64,000 bases of DNA from Selaginella moellendorffii (lineage: Eukaryota > Plantae > Lycopodiophyta), in NCBI RefSeq assembly GCF_000143415.4, contig NW_003314292.1:381178-445177 (forward strand). The letters are read 5' to 3'. The position numbers were made by a program, and so were the translations under genes. Below the pieces are notes generated by a model, which worked only from the letters and a program-made list of their open reading frames with translations, had not been told where the DNA came from and did no database searches. This document shows positions 33,340 to 46,853 of the stretch, piece after piece. Numbering within the stretch: position 1 is the first letter of the stretch; each line of letters opens with the position of its first letter.

Positions 33340-33582
33340 TATGGGGCTCTGGGATTTGTGTCTCACACAAAGCTCTCAAGAGAGTTGTGGCTCTTAACTT
33401 CCATTCACAAGGGCGTGAACTTGTAGGGAAGTGTGGTGGATTGTAAGAGAATAATTTGAGAGAGGTAAATAAAAATGCACACTTTTTTTTAATTGGTTAA
33501 GAGTTTTTGAGTACTTGGGGTTAAATGTCCTTGGGTTGGAATAGTACTAGATTGGGTGATTTCCTAAATTCAAGAGCTTACA
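33340..33582 (+). mobile_element. Degenerate Cassandra-like TRIM fragment (internal end, PPT, 3' LTR 33442-33582)
   Basis: Matches 16375-16640 with deletions. Confidence 0.75.
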
Positions 33583-35989
33583 AGATACCCCACAACAAAA
33601 AAGATATATATATAGATGCCTTATACATATGATTTAAAATTTAAGGGTAGGAATATAGCTTACCGATGGATACCTTTGGGGACATTTGGCAAGAAGATGA
33701 CCATGGACAACTTCATCGCCATGCAAATGAGGATCATAAATATGAGGATGATTGTGTCTTTTAAGGTGGGAGAGGGCAACAGTCGACAACAACAGCAAGA
33801 AGATAAAATCTTTATCTCTGAATCTGGCACTATTATGCATGGGTAGTGATCTCCAACACAAGGTGGGCATTAGCAAATGGCTAGTTTCAAATTGCATATG
33901 CTTGAGTAGACAGAAATTGAACTTCTTGAGTGAACAAGAGTAAGTGGACAATTTTCTACTTGGAGCATCAGTTGCTAATATTAAGGGAATGCTTTCATGC
34001 TCTCAAAACTCCAAGTTTTAATCTACTTTAATTTATATTGGCACCAATGCATTAGCCAACAATATTAACGAGTCTAACATGCTAATTATAAGTTCATTAT
34101 TTTGAGTATATTTGTGACAACCATATATATGCTAATGGCAATATAATGGATATATTCAAGGAATTGATGAATGATTTTTTTTCTGGAACTGCTTCATAAA
34201 CTTACAAGGAGATAGGAGAGCAAATGTTACTGGCATGAGCATCATTTCAAGTGTAACAGAAGATGTTAAGATAAATTTCCTTGAAACAATTTTTCAGAAT
34301 ATTGCAAGAGAATGCACTGGGGTATGGCTCTGAGAAACATATTAAAACAAGTGCATGTTTTTTAAAAAACAAATTGCAGATACCTGGATACTTTGAAGTT
34401 GACAAGCTTTATCTAGTCTCTATACATACAGTTTGTTCATCATGCAAAGGATCAAGCTTGCAACAAACTTCAAAAAATGAAGCAAACCGTAAAATATGTA
34501 ATTATGCAAAGAGCATGTCACATTAAAAATCAGTTTCACCTTGGAAAAGACACATACCAAGTAACTATACCTTCACATTTGTTTGACCAATTGTATGGAC
34601 CAAAAGTATCTATACCATCTTACTGGAATGAAGACCCTACAAAGGCAAAACATTATATGTTTGGACATCTACTAGAAGGAAAATTCTGAGTAGATGTACC
34701 AGACAGGTAAAAGTTCAGTTCAAATTCAAAATGGGAAGAATATCTTGAATTACTTTTTCCAAAACTATATTCCTTTGTCTAGGTTCGAATACTAACACAA
34801 TTTTATTAGAAGAAATAGATATAACAAAAAAAAGGAAATAAAGTGCTTTTGATCCTGAGTTCTATGAATCCTAGCTACTGATAGCATGTACTATTTGGTT
34901 ACACTGTTCAAACACCTCAAGAATTTATTAGCCGTATGAGGCCACTTGGTCTCTCTCCACATGCACCATGAGGTTATCAATACCATCTGCCTGGTCCCTA
35001 TCCCTTTGGTGATACTCAAAAATTGCCAGTGTCATCCAAATTGTTGTCATTCTTGATGACTTACATGATGAGTATCAATCCGAATCAGGGCCACAATCTC
35101 TAAGCAATCATCTACCATGTTCAACCGTTATTTGTCATCTATGATTATCTTGCTGATGACCACAAACATAGGGCAATAAAAATATATATATAATTATTTA
35201 TTTTCTTAAAATATTTCAAGGCCTTTCATATTAAAAAAACATCATGATAGTAAAATGGAGAAAACACTTGCCTTGTTTTATATCCTTTATCCTTTGCCAA
35301 ACTAACAGCAAGAAGGCTAACAGTAGAAAGCCTCACATAGTTTGTTAACTTTTGCTAGAAAAAACAAATGAGTGTTTTCAGCACATGTCTTTGGCTAGGA
35401 AATCTTGGACAATAGAAAATGAGTTTTTGTTTCCTCTCTCTATATCTTTGTCTTTTTCCTTGTCACCTTTTAGGTTCATTCATGCCTTCCATGTATTTTT
35501 CTTCAAACCCTAAGCGTAGTGCCTTTTCATTTCTTTGGTTTGGTTTGGTTGGTGACTTCAATGCTGATTTTTTGGTTCATGATTGGTACAATATGTGTTA
35601 GTTGTTTTTCTTTCTTATCCTGGGAAGTGGTTATTGTTGACAACGGGCTTTGATTCAAGGTTAATTTTTTGGAAAAAAATTTAAAAATGAGGTGTCCTAA
35701 GCAATGTCGCACTGGAAAATCATAAGAAAAGAGGTGGAGTTTTGAAAAGAATAGGGTCCTAGATCGTTCTCTGTCTTCAGACAGAGTTTCAGTATATTAG
35801 TATGGCCTTAAGAAAAAAAGTAAATGCATCTAGGTGAGAATGTATTGAAAGTGCTATGGATGTGGAAAGAATAAATAGCTCCCACGGGGGTTATTATTGT
35901 ATGAGCCTGAGAGATCCTTGTCTTAGGAATCAAATTGAACAGAAAACCATGATGGGGCTAAGTATTGTATCCCTTGGGTTTTTTATACA

Positions 35990-36900
35990 AAACTCAAGTT
36001 CCACTCCATTGTCCTTGGATATGTGATATGTGGCAGATGGCATATGACACGTGGGTTTAAGTTCCACTTCGTGGTTATCCTATAATAAATCATCATAGAA
36101 TAAAGAGTGAAAACCACATATGTTACATTTAGTATTAAAGGATGAGTCTCAGCAAGTATTATCTAATGAGATTGGGCAACTAGTCTCATTGCATACATAG
36201 AGATGAAAAAGATGATCCAAGTGGATACACATTTGGGTGCAAAGACTTCACATTCGTTATTTGGGTGTGGATTTTAATTATCTTTTTATACTATATTATA
36301 TGAGCTTGTGTTTGGGCTCATATGATGGATTGAGATGTTCTATTTATACGAGTTTGCACTTGGACTTATGAGTGAGGCATATTAGCAACTCATGGTTACA
36401 CTTTGAGTTCGTAGGATTAATATTAGCCTATCAGTGTTTCCGTGAGTGATTCCATGTACCGTGAGTAAAAGTAAACTTTCTCTAGGTTTGCTATAAGTGT
36501 CAAATATGTTAGTCCATAGCTGTTTAGCATGGCACTAGTGCATCCTTTTTAGGCATGATTATAAATGGATCAATCAAGATGTAAAGATTAGTCTATTGAT
36601 TCAAGTATTCATTGTTGTGGCTTTCTCATAAACTTTTCTTGGATTGGACTAAAGACAGTGTGAAAGCAAGCTTGAGGTTTGGTCAAAGTAGAGTCCAAAA
36701 AGAGAGTTGTCAGAGACAAGGGATCAAACACATAAATCATTTTCTTTTTTTGAAAAGATGATTTGCAATTGCAATGATGTGTTAATTCATTACTTGTATT
36801 CACATCATACAATCAAAAGTCCCTATTTTTATGTATGTTGGTTATAATGGTCTTACAAGTAGTGAGTCATTGGGTGAAGCACTAAACTATTTTGTCTAGG
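35990..36900 (+). mobile_element. Family X LTR tail + decayed PBS + non-coding internal region
   Basis: LTR tail ends TTACA at 36127 followed by TTTAGTATTAAAG (decayed TGGTATCAGAG); internal part recurs inverted at ~51405-51935. Confidence 0.55.
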
Positions 36901-36953
36901 CTTCCTATTGAAAACTTGGGTTGCAATGCTTAATTCTTTTCTAGGAAGCCTTG

Positions 36954-38094
36954 TGTCACGAATGTGACTTTGGGTATTGAAAGTTACTTGTCAGCTGTCC
37001 TTTCGGATATTCTTTCCTTATTGCTGTGATGGCAGGAGGTCGGTATTGTTAGTTCCCTTTATCAGCCCCTCTTGTTCAAGTGTTAGTTTATTGGGTTTAG
37101 CATCTGTACTTAGCCAGATGGACATAAAGTAGGAACTCCTATGTGTTTTTAGCTGAGTATACTCGGCCTAGCTCTTAGTTCTCTTTTCTCTGTCTTGCAA
37201 TGGCTTGACAATAACCTTCGTGTATTAAGACTAATCCCTTAATAACATTAATTGATAACTTACCGTGTCTGCTAAACACCCTCGTTATCATGCCCTTTGT
37301 GTTAATCTCATTGTAGTCCCAAATGTTATTTATGGAAAGTGTCTAGATTTGCTCATTTGGCATATCTACGGAATGTAGAGATTGTCTTGAACACAATGGT
37401 GTTCATCCCATATCCAAATTTGCAATTTTGGGACATTTCATATTTAGTAAGTTTCAAACTTGTCCTAGAGATTAACTCCTAGTACTAAGGGAGGCTTGAG
37501 GTGAAAGCCCAAAGCGTGTGTTCCTAAAAGGGGGGGGGGGGGGGGGGGGGGGAGGTGAGGGGTTATAAGGGGTTCCAAATGTATAGCAAGGATAGTGGGT
37601 AAGTTAAGTATAGCTGACCAACCTGAGGTATAATTTAACTCCCACTTGTGTGCATGTCCTTCTTTTACATTTTGCTTGGCTTTAAGCCTAAGCTCCACAC
37701 CATACTAGCTGGTGGAGTACCCATATCCTTGCGTTAAGCCACTGGTATGTTGAAATAGCACCAGACTCCGTTTGGCTCTGTTTTCCATGTTGGTCTTGGC
37801 ATTTGGATGCTAGATGCTCTAGGACTGTTCAAAGTCGCTCCGTACTCCTGTTCCTTCGCTCATTGGGCTATATGCTCAGGCGTTGCTCCGTGATCTAGTT
37901 CCGTCACTCCTTGGCTCCATACTTAAAAGTTTGGCTCCGTACCATCATTCAATGGCCCAAGGCTTTGAAACTTGGGTTCCACACCACTGTCCTTGAACAT
38001 ATGGTATGTGGCACATAGAGGGATTAGGTTCCACTTCGTGGTTATCCTATGGTAAACTACCATAAAATAAAGGGTAAAAACCACGTGCGCTACA
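36954..38094 (+). repeat. Family X LTR, near full length (TGTCAC...CTACA), containing a G23 run at 37530-37552
   Basis: TG...CA ends; homology to 1-790 and 49896-50715. Confidence 0.7.
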
Positions 38095-39098
38095 CTTTAC
38101 TATTACTCCTTGAATAGTTTGGTGTAGGATTAGTTTTTAATTTGGTTAAATAGAAAGTGGCATAAACTTGTTTGTGTTGTGAATAAAAGTCAATGGTGTT
38201 AGGTGTTATAAATCTCTATCAATAAGGTGTGGCATTTATGTTGCATTTTATAGAATCGAGTTGACACTTGATACTTATATAAACCTTTGTAGTAGTGATA
38301 TGGGTGTTGCTTGTACTATTGCTTGATTGATGATTAAATCATTGTGATTTTCATATCATACTTATGTGATTATAAGCAATGTGTTTACAAAGTTACTTGG
38401 TTAGCTAGTGGAGTACCCATATCCTTGCGTTAAGCCACTGGTATGTTAAAATAGCACCAGACTCCATTTAGCTTCGTTTTCCGTGTTGGTCTTGGCATTT
38501 AGATGCTAAATGCTTTGGGACTATTCAAAGTCACCCTGTACTCCTGTTCCTTCACTCTTTGGGCTATATGCTTAGGAATTGCTCCGTGATCTAGTTTTGT
38601 CACTCCTTGGCTCCATACTTATAAGTTTAGCTCCATACCTTCATTCAATGGCCCAAGGCTTTGAAATTTGAGTTCCGCACCACTATCCTTGGATATATGG
38701 TATATGGCACATAAAGGGTTTAAGTTCCACTTCGTGGTTATCCTATGGTAAACCATTATAGGATAAAGGGTAAAAACCACATGTGCTACACCTTGCTATT
38801 GCTCCTTGAATAGTTTGGTGTAGGATTAGTTTTTAGTTTGGTCAAATAGAAAGTGGCATAAGCTTTTTTGTGTTGTGAATAAAAGTCAATGGTGTTAGGT
38901 GTTATAAATCTCTATCAATAGGATGTGGCATTTATGTTGCATTTTGTAGAATCGAGTTGGCACTTGATACTTATATAAACCTTTATAGTAGTAATATGGG
39001 TGTTACTTGTAATTTTGCTCGATTAATGTTTAAATCATTGTGATTTTCATATCATACTTATGTGATCGTGAACAATGTGTTTACGAAGTTACTTGGTT
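37706..39098 (+). repeat. Diverged tandem duplication (~696-bp unit) spanning an LTR end and its flank
   Basis: TAGCTRGTGGAGTACCCATATCC at 37706 and 38402; units colinear to ...GTTACTTGGTTA. Confidence 0.85.
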
Positions 39099-40009
39099 AA
39101 ACAATGATTAACCCCAAAGTGATTGATAGTGAAGCTAGTCTACTTGGAAGTAGTAATATTAAAATAATTTTGACTTGGTTCTCAATAGTGGTCCATTATG
39201 CTAAGCTTGAGTTGGTACTTTAGTCTTTGAGAATTTGTCTATTAGGTGTTGGAAAAGGTTATAGCATTCATTTGCTATGACTTCCAACAAGCACTTGGAA
39301 TAGATTGTTGGATGGAAAAGGTGTATAATTAAGGCATTAACATTGCTAATACCTGTGCTAGTGGAAATTACATTATTATGTTGAGTGATAAGGGATTTTT
39401 TTTAGAGCTTGATTTTCCATGTCATTTTTCTTGTTAGTGTTTTGGCTTCACATTGGATCTTGAAGGTGGTTGAAAAAAAGTGTTTGTGCAATATGGATAT
39501 TTGATAATATGGTCCTTGTGATCAAGTATTAGATGATCATTTTATATTTTACATTTTGTGGATGTTGGTGTCAAATGTAAAATATATGGGCATGTTGATT
39601 GATACTTAAGCATTATTGGGTCATAAGAATTTATGCTGAGGTGAACCTATATGAAATTATTATTAGGAAAAAGTTGGTTAAGCCTTAAAAGTTTATAATC
39701 CCAGACTGAGAATTATTCTTTCTTTGGGATGGAAAATTTTTCACAAATTTTCTTAGACTTTTCCAATGGCTTATCTATTATTCATTTTACTTGAAAACCA
39801 TTCCATTTTTGTAATTCAATACAAACTAGTGGAAGGGCTAGAATTGACTTTAGTTGGTTTAGACCTTAGTAGTTAATTTGTATGATGCAACCCGAAAAAG
39901 ATACTAACTTTTGGGGCTAAGGCAATTGAGTTGAATAAAGTTTGGAATTGGTGTAAGAAAGTGGCTATTTAGAAATGTGACTTTTGTGCTTTTCTTCTGT
40001 AAAGTTATG

Positions 40010-40203
40010 TGTAAGCAATCAAAGAGAACGACTTGAGAGACGGTCCATGAGGTTCAAATATAAAAAGAAAGGGCCCATGAATAAGAGTGCACCCCCTTTT
40101 TCAATTGGTTAAGGATTTTGGGATATTTGAGGTTAAGCGTTTTTGGGTGTGAATAGTACTGGGTTGGGTGACCTCTTGGGAAGTCCAAACTCAGGAGCTT
40201 ACA
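40010..40203 (+). mobile_element. Solo LTR of Cassandra-like TRIM (194 bp)
   Basis: TG...CA ends, TSD TTATG (40005-40009/40204-40208), 5S-like segment. Confidence 0.9.
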
Positions 40204-40516
40204 TTATGCTAGGTAACAAGTTGCACCTTAAATTTTGTTAAATTCTATGAGAGTGATCTTGACTTGATTTTGGTAACCTTGCACCTTGGTGTGAGACACA
40301 AAATCCCTAGGCCCCAAAGTGGAGCTGGAAGGGCGCCACATCGTAGTGGCCGAAGCGAGAGCCAAACGAGCGTAACACGTTTGGACCAAAAGCTCCGACT
40401 TGAAAAGTCAAGAGCGGGAGTGGAACTCCCAACGAAGTGCTCGAGGAACGAGCACGAAGCGAGCAAAAGGCGAGGCTCCAAAAAGGGACCCAAAAGGACC
40501 AACACATGACACGTGG

Positions 40517-40910
40517 GAGTGTCCGAGATGGACTCGACTTGGAGTCCGAAGTGGAGTCCGAGATGGACTCGAGTTGGAGTCCGAAGTGGAGTCCGAGATG
40601 GACCAGAGTTGGAGTCCGAAGTGGAGTCCGAGATGGACCCGAGTTGGAGTCCGAGATGGAGTCCGAGGTGGACCCGAGATGGACCCGAAATGGAGTCCGA
40701 GATGGAGTCCGAGATGGACCCGAGATGGAGTCCGAGATGGAGTCCGAAGTCGAGACCGAGACCGGGACCGAGACCGGGACCGAGACCGAGACCGAGATCG
40801 GGACCGAGACCAAGACCGAGGCCGAGGCCGAGACCGAGCCCGAGCCCGAGTCCGAGTCCGAGTCCGAGTCCGAGTCCGAGTCCGAGTCCGAGTCCGAGTC
40901 CGAGTCCGGA
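40517..40910 (+). repeat. Compound minisatellite in the 5' LTR (12-bp GAGTCCGAGATG variants grading into 6-bp GAGACC/GAGTCC)
   Basis: Direct inspection. Confidence 0.95.
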
Positions 40911-43900
40911 GCCTGAGAGGGTGAAAGCCCAAAGCGTTCGTCTCCCAGACCCTGGGGGGTTTGGTGAGCCCCAAAAGTATAGTAGGGGGAGGACTGCAGT
41001 GGAGCCAGTTTGGCCAGGAAAGGCCAATTTGGCCCAGGAAGGCCAGACCCAGTGTTGGGTGATGAGCTGCCCACTGGGAAGTCCAAGACTAGAGTGAACA
41101 CAGACCGACAAGCGGGGTAGCTTGGTGAAGTGTTCAAGAGCCGGCTCTAGTTCCCCCGGGAGATCGACTGGCCGATGCTCCCAGTCCAAGTGTGGGTGGC
41201 ACTACCTACTTGGATACCAAGCGTGGCTCAATGGAACCTCGCTCTAAGCCCATGGCTAGAGCACCTAAAGGCGATAGGTGGGGAGAGTACCTAGGTGGCT
41301 CGCGTAAGGCCACGGTGTTCCGAAATGTTGTCCCAAAGGCCCAGACTGTGGAAAGGAAGAGGAGCAGTCCTCTGGGGTAGTGACCAAGGACACAGTCATG
41401 TGGTGAGGAAGTCCCAGAGGACCGTGGGACTTAGTGGTCGGGCCTGTGGGCCTCGATCCAGTGGCAGTGTTGGCAAACACGGCCAGGGGCAGAAAGGGAC
41501 TTGGTAGGAACTGACAAAGGGACTTTGGGGAAGGCAACTCCCCAGGTCTGTGGGCATCCTAAGGATGCTAAGGAGTGGATCTAGGATGACCACTCGTGGA
41601 CACATGGCCCAGTCTTGGAGAGACGAGGTGGTGATGCAAGTGGTGTTGAACCACTAGTGCAGCAAAGGTGAATGGGCATGGCCTTAGCGTAACGGGCCGA
41701 GATGTCAGTGGTACCTTTGGGTGTCGGTCTCAGGACTGGACACGTGGAGCACTTGGACCAGGTGCAAGTGTGGAGTGGCATGGATGCCATTCTTGGGACT
41801 AGCAAGTCCCAAGTCCTGAATTGGATTGATGGAGGTTGTGAATGAGACTCCTCCAAGTGGTCGGAGGTGTGGTTAAGTGACTAAAGTAGAATGGAAAATT
41901 TAGTCGCTTACAACTTGGTATCGGAGCTGTTCCTTAGTCCGACTTTTATTGGTGCTAAAGTATATCACCACTAGTGTTGGCATTGGAAGGTCTGAGGAGT
42001 GGGCCTATCCTTGAGGAGTAGCAAGTCGGGAAGACATGGCTCTCCATTACAGTTCGTGTGTGAACTTGTAGACGAGGTGGTAGATAGAAAAGGGCCAATA
42101 ATGGAACGACTTTGGGATCTTGGGAACAGTATATGGTTTTCCTCAAAGGAGTTGAGGATGTGATCCAGATGAGCATTTGACTTAGCAAACTGGCTAATGT
42201 AGTTGTGGTAAACAACTACAATTGGGATCACGGGAAAGATAAAGACTCCAAAGCAATAAAGGAGTCACAAGATTTTCCTCATATAGTTGAGGTTGGTGCT
42301 CATGAATGTGAGACCAGAAGTAATGACCGTGGGAGGTCAAATATGGAAGAGGACTCAAGTCCTTGAAAAGGTAGCCGGGGCTACCTCTAATAAATGCTGG
42401 AACAACCCCAGGAGTTGGGGGTGTATTAAGTGGATGAGTTGGTGTTCTCATCACATGGACAAGTAGTCCTAAGGGGCAAAGGTTACCCCTAGAGAACAAA
42501 ATCAAGTGTCGGAGTAACACTTGTGAAAATAGTCCTTTTGAGTAGGACAGGAATGCAAGAAGTGTATTCCAGTGAGCTAGTACCTCACAAGTAGGACCTT
42601 ACGGGTCTATGGATTAACCAAGTCCAAAACTGCTGGATGACTCAAGTAGAGTCAACGGATGGTCCTAAAAGGACTGATGGAAGCATTTGGACTGAGGTGT
42701 GTTGTACCCCATAAAGGATGGGGGGGAATCATAGGATCCAAGGATGAGAACAGAGGGTATCTCATCAATGGCAAAATGTGCCATGCTAAAGTTATAGGAA
42801 AGGTGTTCCCAGAAGAAAACAACTTTGACATAAAGTTGTGTGTGACCTCTATGGTGCAGTGCTAACGGATGGTTGGCATGAGAAAGAGCGGTGTTGGTCT
42901 TGGCAAAGACTTAGACACGAAGGGGAAATGTCATAGAGGTAGGCTCGTGGAGCCAATGGTGTGGAGACACCAAATGTGCCAAGGTGTGATACCTTGAGGC
43001 TATGTTGGTGGGTTCATGAGAACCCCTTGCCAAAGGAATCCCAATGGAAATGGGAATAGCATAGCCTAAGTTGCAGAGCATGCAGTTGGAGTGTGGTGAC
43101 CCAGATAATGATGGAGGTGTGAAAGCACCAAGCAATGAGTTGTAGGACTTGACAACTATAAGGCAACTAAGCAAGAGGTGCAAAATAACTGGTTAAACGG
43201 GTAGAAGGTAGCTACCCAAGACTTCTTAATAGCATAAGGAAGTTGGATATACCCTTACGGGGGATAAGTTGCTTGTGTTGCGATATAGTAAGTCAATGTC
43301 ATAAAAGGAAATACTCATTGTCAAGAAAGCCATCATTGGGACACCCGGACACTCTAGAACACCAGAAGGTGGTGTTTGATGTCGCGAGGGCAATGGATAA
43401 AGCCCAAGGGACTAAGTCCCTAGCGAATGATGGATAGAAGATGCTATCCAAATGTCCAAGGTTGCGGAGACAGGAGAGACTGTCTACCCGAGTTGGACAA
43501 AGCCAAAAATGGAATTTTGGCAAGGCTAGTGATGGGCATGTAAAGGCCCATAAGCAACAATGTAATCCCAGTGTGTGGGATTATAAGGTGAGCATACCCG
43601 GATTGAGGAACCACTCCCTAGGCTATTGGGTAGGTTCATCCCTAAGAATACTTGCTAAAGCGTGATAGAAAGTGCAAAGCTACCCTCCTGGTCTGGAGGA
43701 GAATGACCAAAGGAAAGGTGTGAAGCCAAAAAGCAAGTAGTAAGGGGATAGAACCAAACCATAGGAATCGAAGGGCATAACCAAGGTTGGTTATGCCAGC
43801 TGGGAGTGGAGAATCAAGTGGGGGCTCGAGGGTGTTGCCGCTAGCAACTATGATGCCATGGAGAGTCTAAAATATGGAATTGTCCATGTTAGACTATGTG

Positions 43901-46190
43901 GCATTTTGAAGGCTTGCAAAAAGGGAGGCCTTAGCAAGCTGAGGGACAGAGTTCCTTCAAGGTTCCCAAAGACGATTCTAGGTAGCGTAGTACCTAGAAA
44001 GGCCAAGTGTAAATGGTTCATGGAATGCGCGAAATCAGAGTGGCGCAGCAAAAGCGTGGTCTTGAAGCTTGCCATGAGGCAAGGTTATCAAGGTTAGGGA
44101 AGAAGTTCCCGAGTGTTCAAAGAGAGGGCTTTGAACGAAAGTCGATGGTCAAGGACTTTCACGCTTATGCAGGAACCATGTTACAATGGTCGGAGGACTT
44201 GCCAAGTGAGATTGGCACGTCGGGGGAACAAAGACCCTAGTTGAAGGTGATAACTTCAAAAAGGGTGGGCCATGGGGCCGAGCATGGAGGAGTCCATGCA
44301 TGATCACAGACATGTCAAGTGAGAGGACTTGGCAGTGTGGAGGAACTAGGTTCCTAAGCTGTGATCTGTAGCGCGCTTTAAAAATAGGTTGGTGCACCGG
44401 CGTGGGGAGTCACGCCAGGCATCTTGTGTGATGCCGTCCGTAGATGCATATACGGAGGTTGGGTTCGAGTCCCGACCCTCTAGTGCTTGGGTTCGAGTCC
44501 CAAATCACTAGGGCGTGGTGATGGTTTGGAATATGAGGACACTCATATTTCGGTGGTCATGGACTCTCAGTGGGGAGACTGGTTTGGGCACACCGCCAAG
44601 CGAGGGATGCCTCGGAGTCGTGATGCACGGTTATATTGCTTAGTGTGAAAGCTTGGCATATCTAACTTGAACGCTTTGGTGCAAGTGGCACCAAGGTCGT
44701 GGTGAGTGAGATGGGGACACCTAATCTCAGTTGCTATGAACCCTTGGCCGGAAGGGCTGGCTTGGGCGCACCGCCAAGTGTGGGGGATGCCCCCGGGGTC
44801 GTAGTTAACAAGTTAAAGGTCTGGAAGACCTAGTACCTATTGGCAAACCTGTTAAGGTGCCAAGGTGAGATCACTAGGTGATCTTGTGGCTAAATAAGGA
44901 CAAGGTCCTTGTTTGGGTTAAGGAATAAGGTTCTTAGTTCAAAGTGTTGATTTGAACTATTGATGATGGTGTGGCTTGGTCAAAGTGACCAAGTGGGAAA
45001 AGCACCTTAGGGAAATGAGCTATGTCATTGCGATGGCATAGTGTGTCCAAGGAAAGTAGTCTCTAAAGAGACCCATGAGAGGGTCACGAAGTTGGGCCGT
45101 GGATAGAGCCCATAGCAGAAGATGCTAAAGAGACATACTAGGGGTGAACGTCCTCCGGACTTGGCAAAGAAGAGTCTTTGCTATGGAACCGAAACAATAC
45201 CTCAAGGAGGGAGGTAGAGATTTGATGTTGCTTGGTGCAACAATCAACGGATAGGAGCAAAAGATGAGTGGCCAAGATAGGGCCGTGGAATCCCTTGGAA
45301 GGAATCCAAGTGACAAAGTTAGGCGAAGAACACTAATGTGTTGGACGCTAACAAGTTGCGGGAAAGGAAGTGTGTTTCCAAGGAGGGATTCCGAAATGCT
45401 TCGATTTGGCGAAAGTGGGAGCTCCAAGGGAGGGAGCGGTAAGGTAGCCAAATGATAGGGCCATGAACAGCCCTAGCACAAAGTATGATAACTGGAACTT
45501 TGGCACGAAATAGAAGAGAGGATGATGGTGCCCTCGAGTAGAGAACTTCCTAGGATGGGAAGTGGAGTTGCACAAAAGGTGCAAGGCAAGGTGTCGGAGA
45601 CACCTAAGAAATTGACTCCAAGAAGTCAAAATTCAAAGTTCCAAAGTGCAAAGGTTATATCGATGGAAATTGAGACTACTCGAGAAGGAGTAGTGGGATT
45701 GACTTAGAGAAGGGTCTCTAAGAGGTTTAGCGAGAACTAAACCAATAAAAGGATGAACCATTACATGTGGTCCAATCAGTCTCTAAATTGGAGAGACTAC
45801 GCTCCTTAAAGGATGGACAAGGCATGGTGAGCCTTTGATGTCAAACCATAGACAAAGATTGGCTAGGTGCCAAAGATGGAAATGGTAACACATGTGGGTG
45901 TTACTTTATGAAAGGGTTTACCGTTCGATGAGGACATCGAACTTCGTCTATGGGTGGTGGAGTTGTGAGACACAAAATCCCTAGGCCCCAAAGTGGAGCT
46001 GGAAGGGCGCCACATCGTAGTGGCCGAAGCGAGAGCCAAACGAGCGTAACACGTTTGGACCAAAAGCTCCGACTTGAAAAGTCAAGAGCGGGAGTGGAAC
46101 TCCCAACGAAGTGCTCGAGGAACGAGCACGAAGCGAGCAAAAGGCGAGGCTCCAAAAAGGGACCCAAAAGGACCAACACATGACACGTGG

Positions 46191-46853
46191 GAGTGTCCGA
46201 GATGGACTCGACTTGGAGTCCGAAGTGGAGTCCGAGATGGACTCGAGTTGGAGTCCGAAGTGGAGTCCGAGATGGACCAGAGTTGGAGTCCGAAGTGGAG
46301 TCCGAGATGGACCCGAGTTGGAGTCCGAAGTGGAGTCCGAGATGGACCCGAGATGGAGTCCGAGATGGAGTCCGAAGTGGAGTCCGAGGTGGACCCGAGA
46401 TGGACCCGAGTTGGAGTCCGAAGTGGAGTCCGAGGTGGACCCGAGATGGACCCGAGTTGGAGTCCGAAGTGGAGTCCGAGATGGAGTCCGAGATGGAGTC
46501 CGAGATGGAGTCCGAGTTGGAGTCCGAGGTGGACCCGAGATGGACCCGAGTTGGAGTCCGAAGTGGAGTCCGAGATGGACCCGAGATGGAGTCCGAGATG
46601 GAGTCTGAGGTGGACCCGAGATGGACCCGAAATGGAGTCCGAGATGGAGTCCGAGATGGACCCGAGATGGAGTCCGAGATGGAGTCCGAAGTCGAGACCG
46701 AGACTGGGACCGAGACCGGGACCGAGACCGAGACCGAGATCGGGACCGAGACCGAGACCGAGGCCGAGGCCGAGACCGAGCCCGAGCCCGAGTCCGAGTC
46801 CGAGTCCGAGTCCGAGTCCGAGTCCGAGTCCGAGTCCGAGTCCGAGTCCGGAG
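46191..46853 (+). repeat. Expanded compound minisatellite in the 3' LTR
   Basis: Same units as 40517-40910, ~270 bp longer. Confidence 0.95.

Noticed and set aside
33600-35900. Copia protease-like / DNA transposon relics (also 54650-56300)
   Set aside because: Too degenerate to support a family call by eye
44399-44513. tRNA gene
   Set aside because: T-arm-like hairpins only; no acceptor stem, D arm or anticodon arm could be built
40517-46853. CRISPR-like array
   Set aside because: Contiguous tandem units without unique spacers, eukaryotic context, no cas genes
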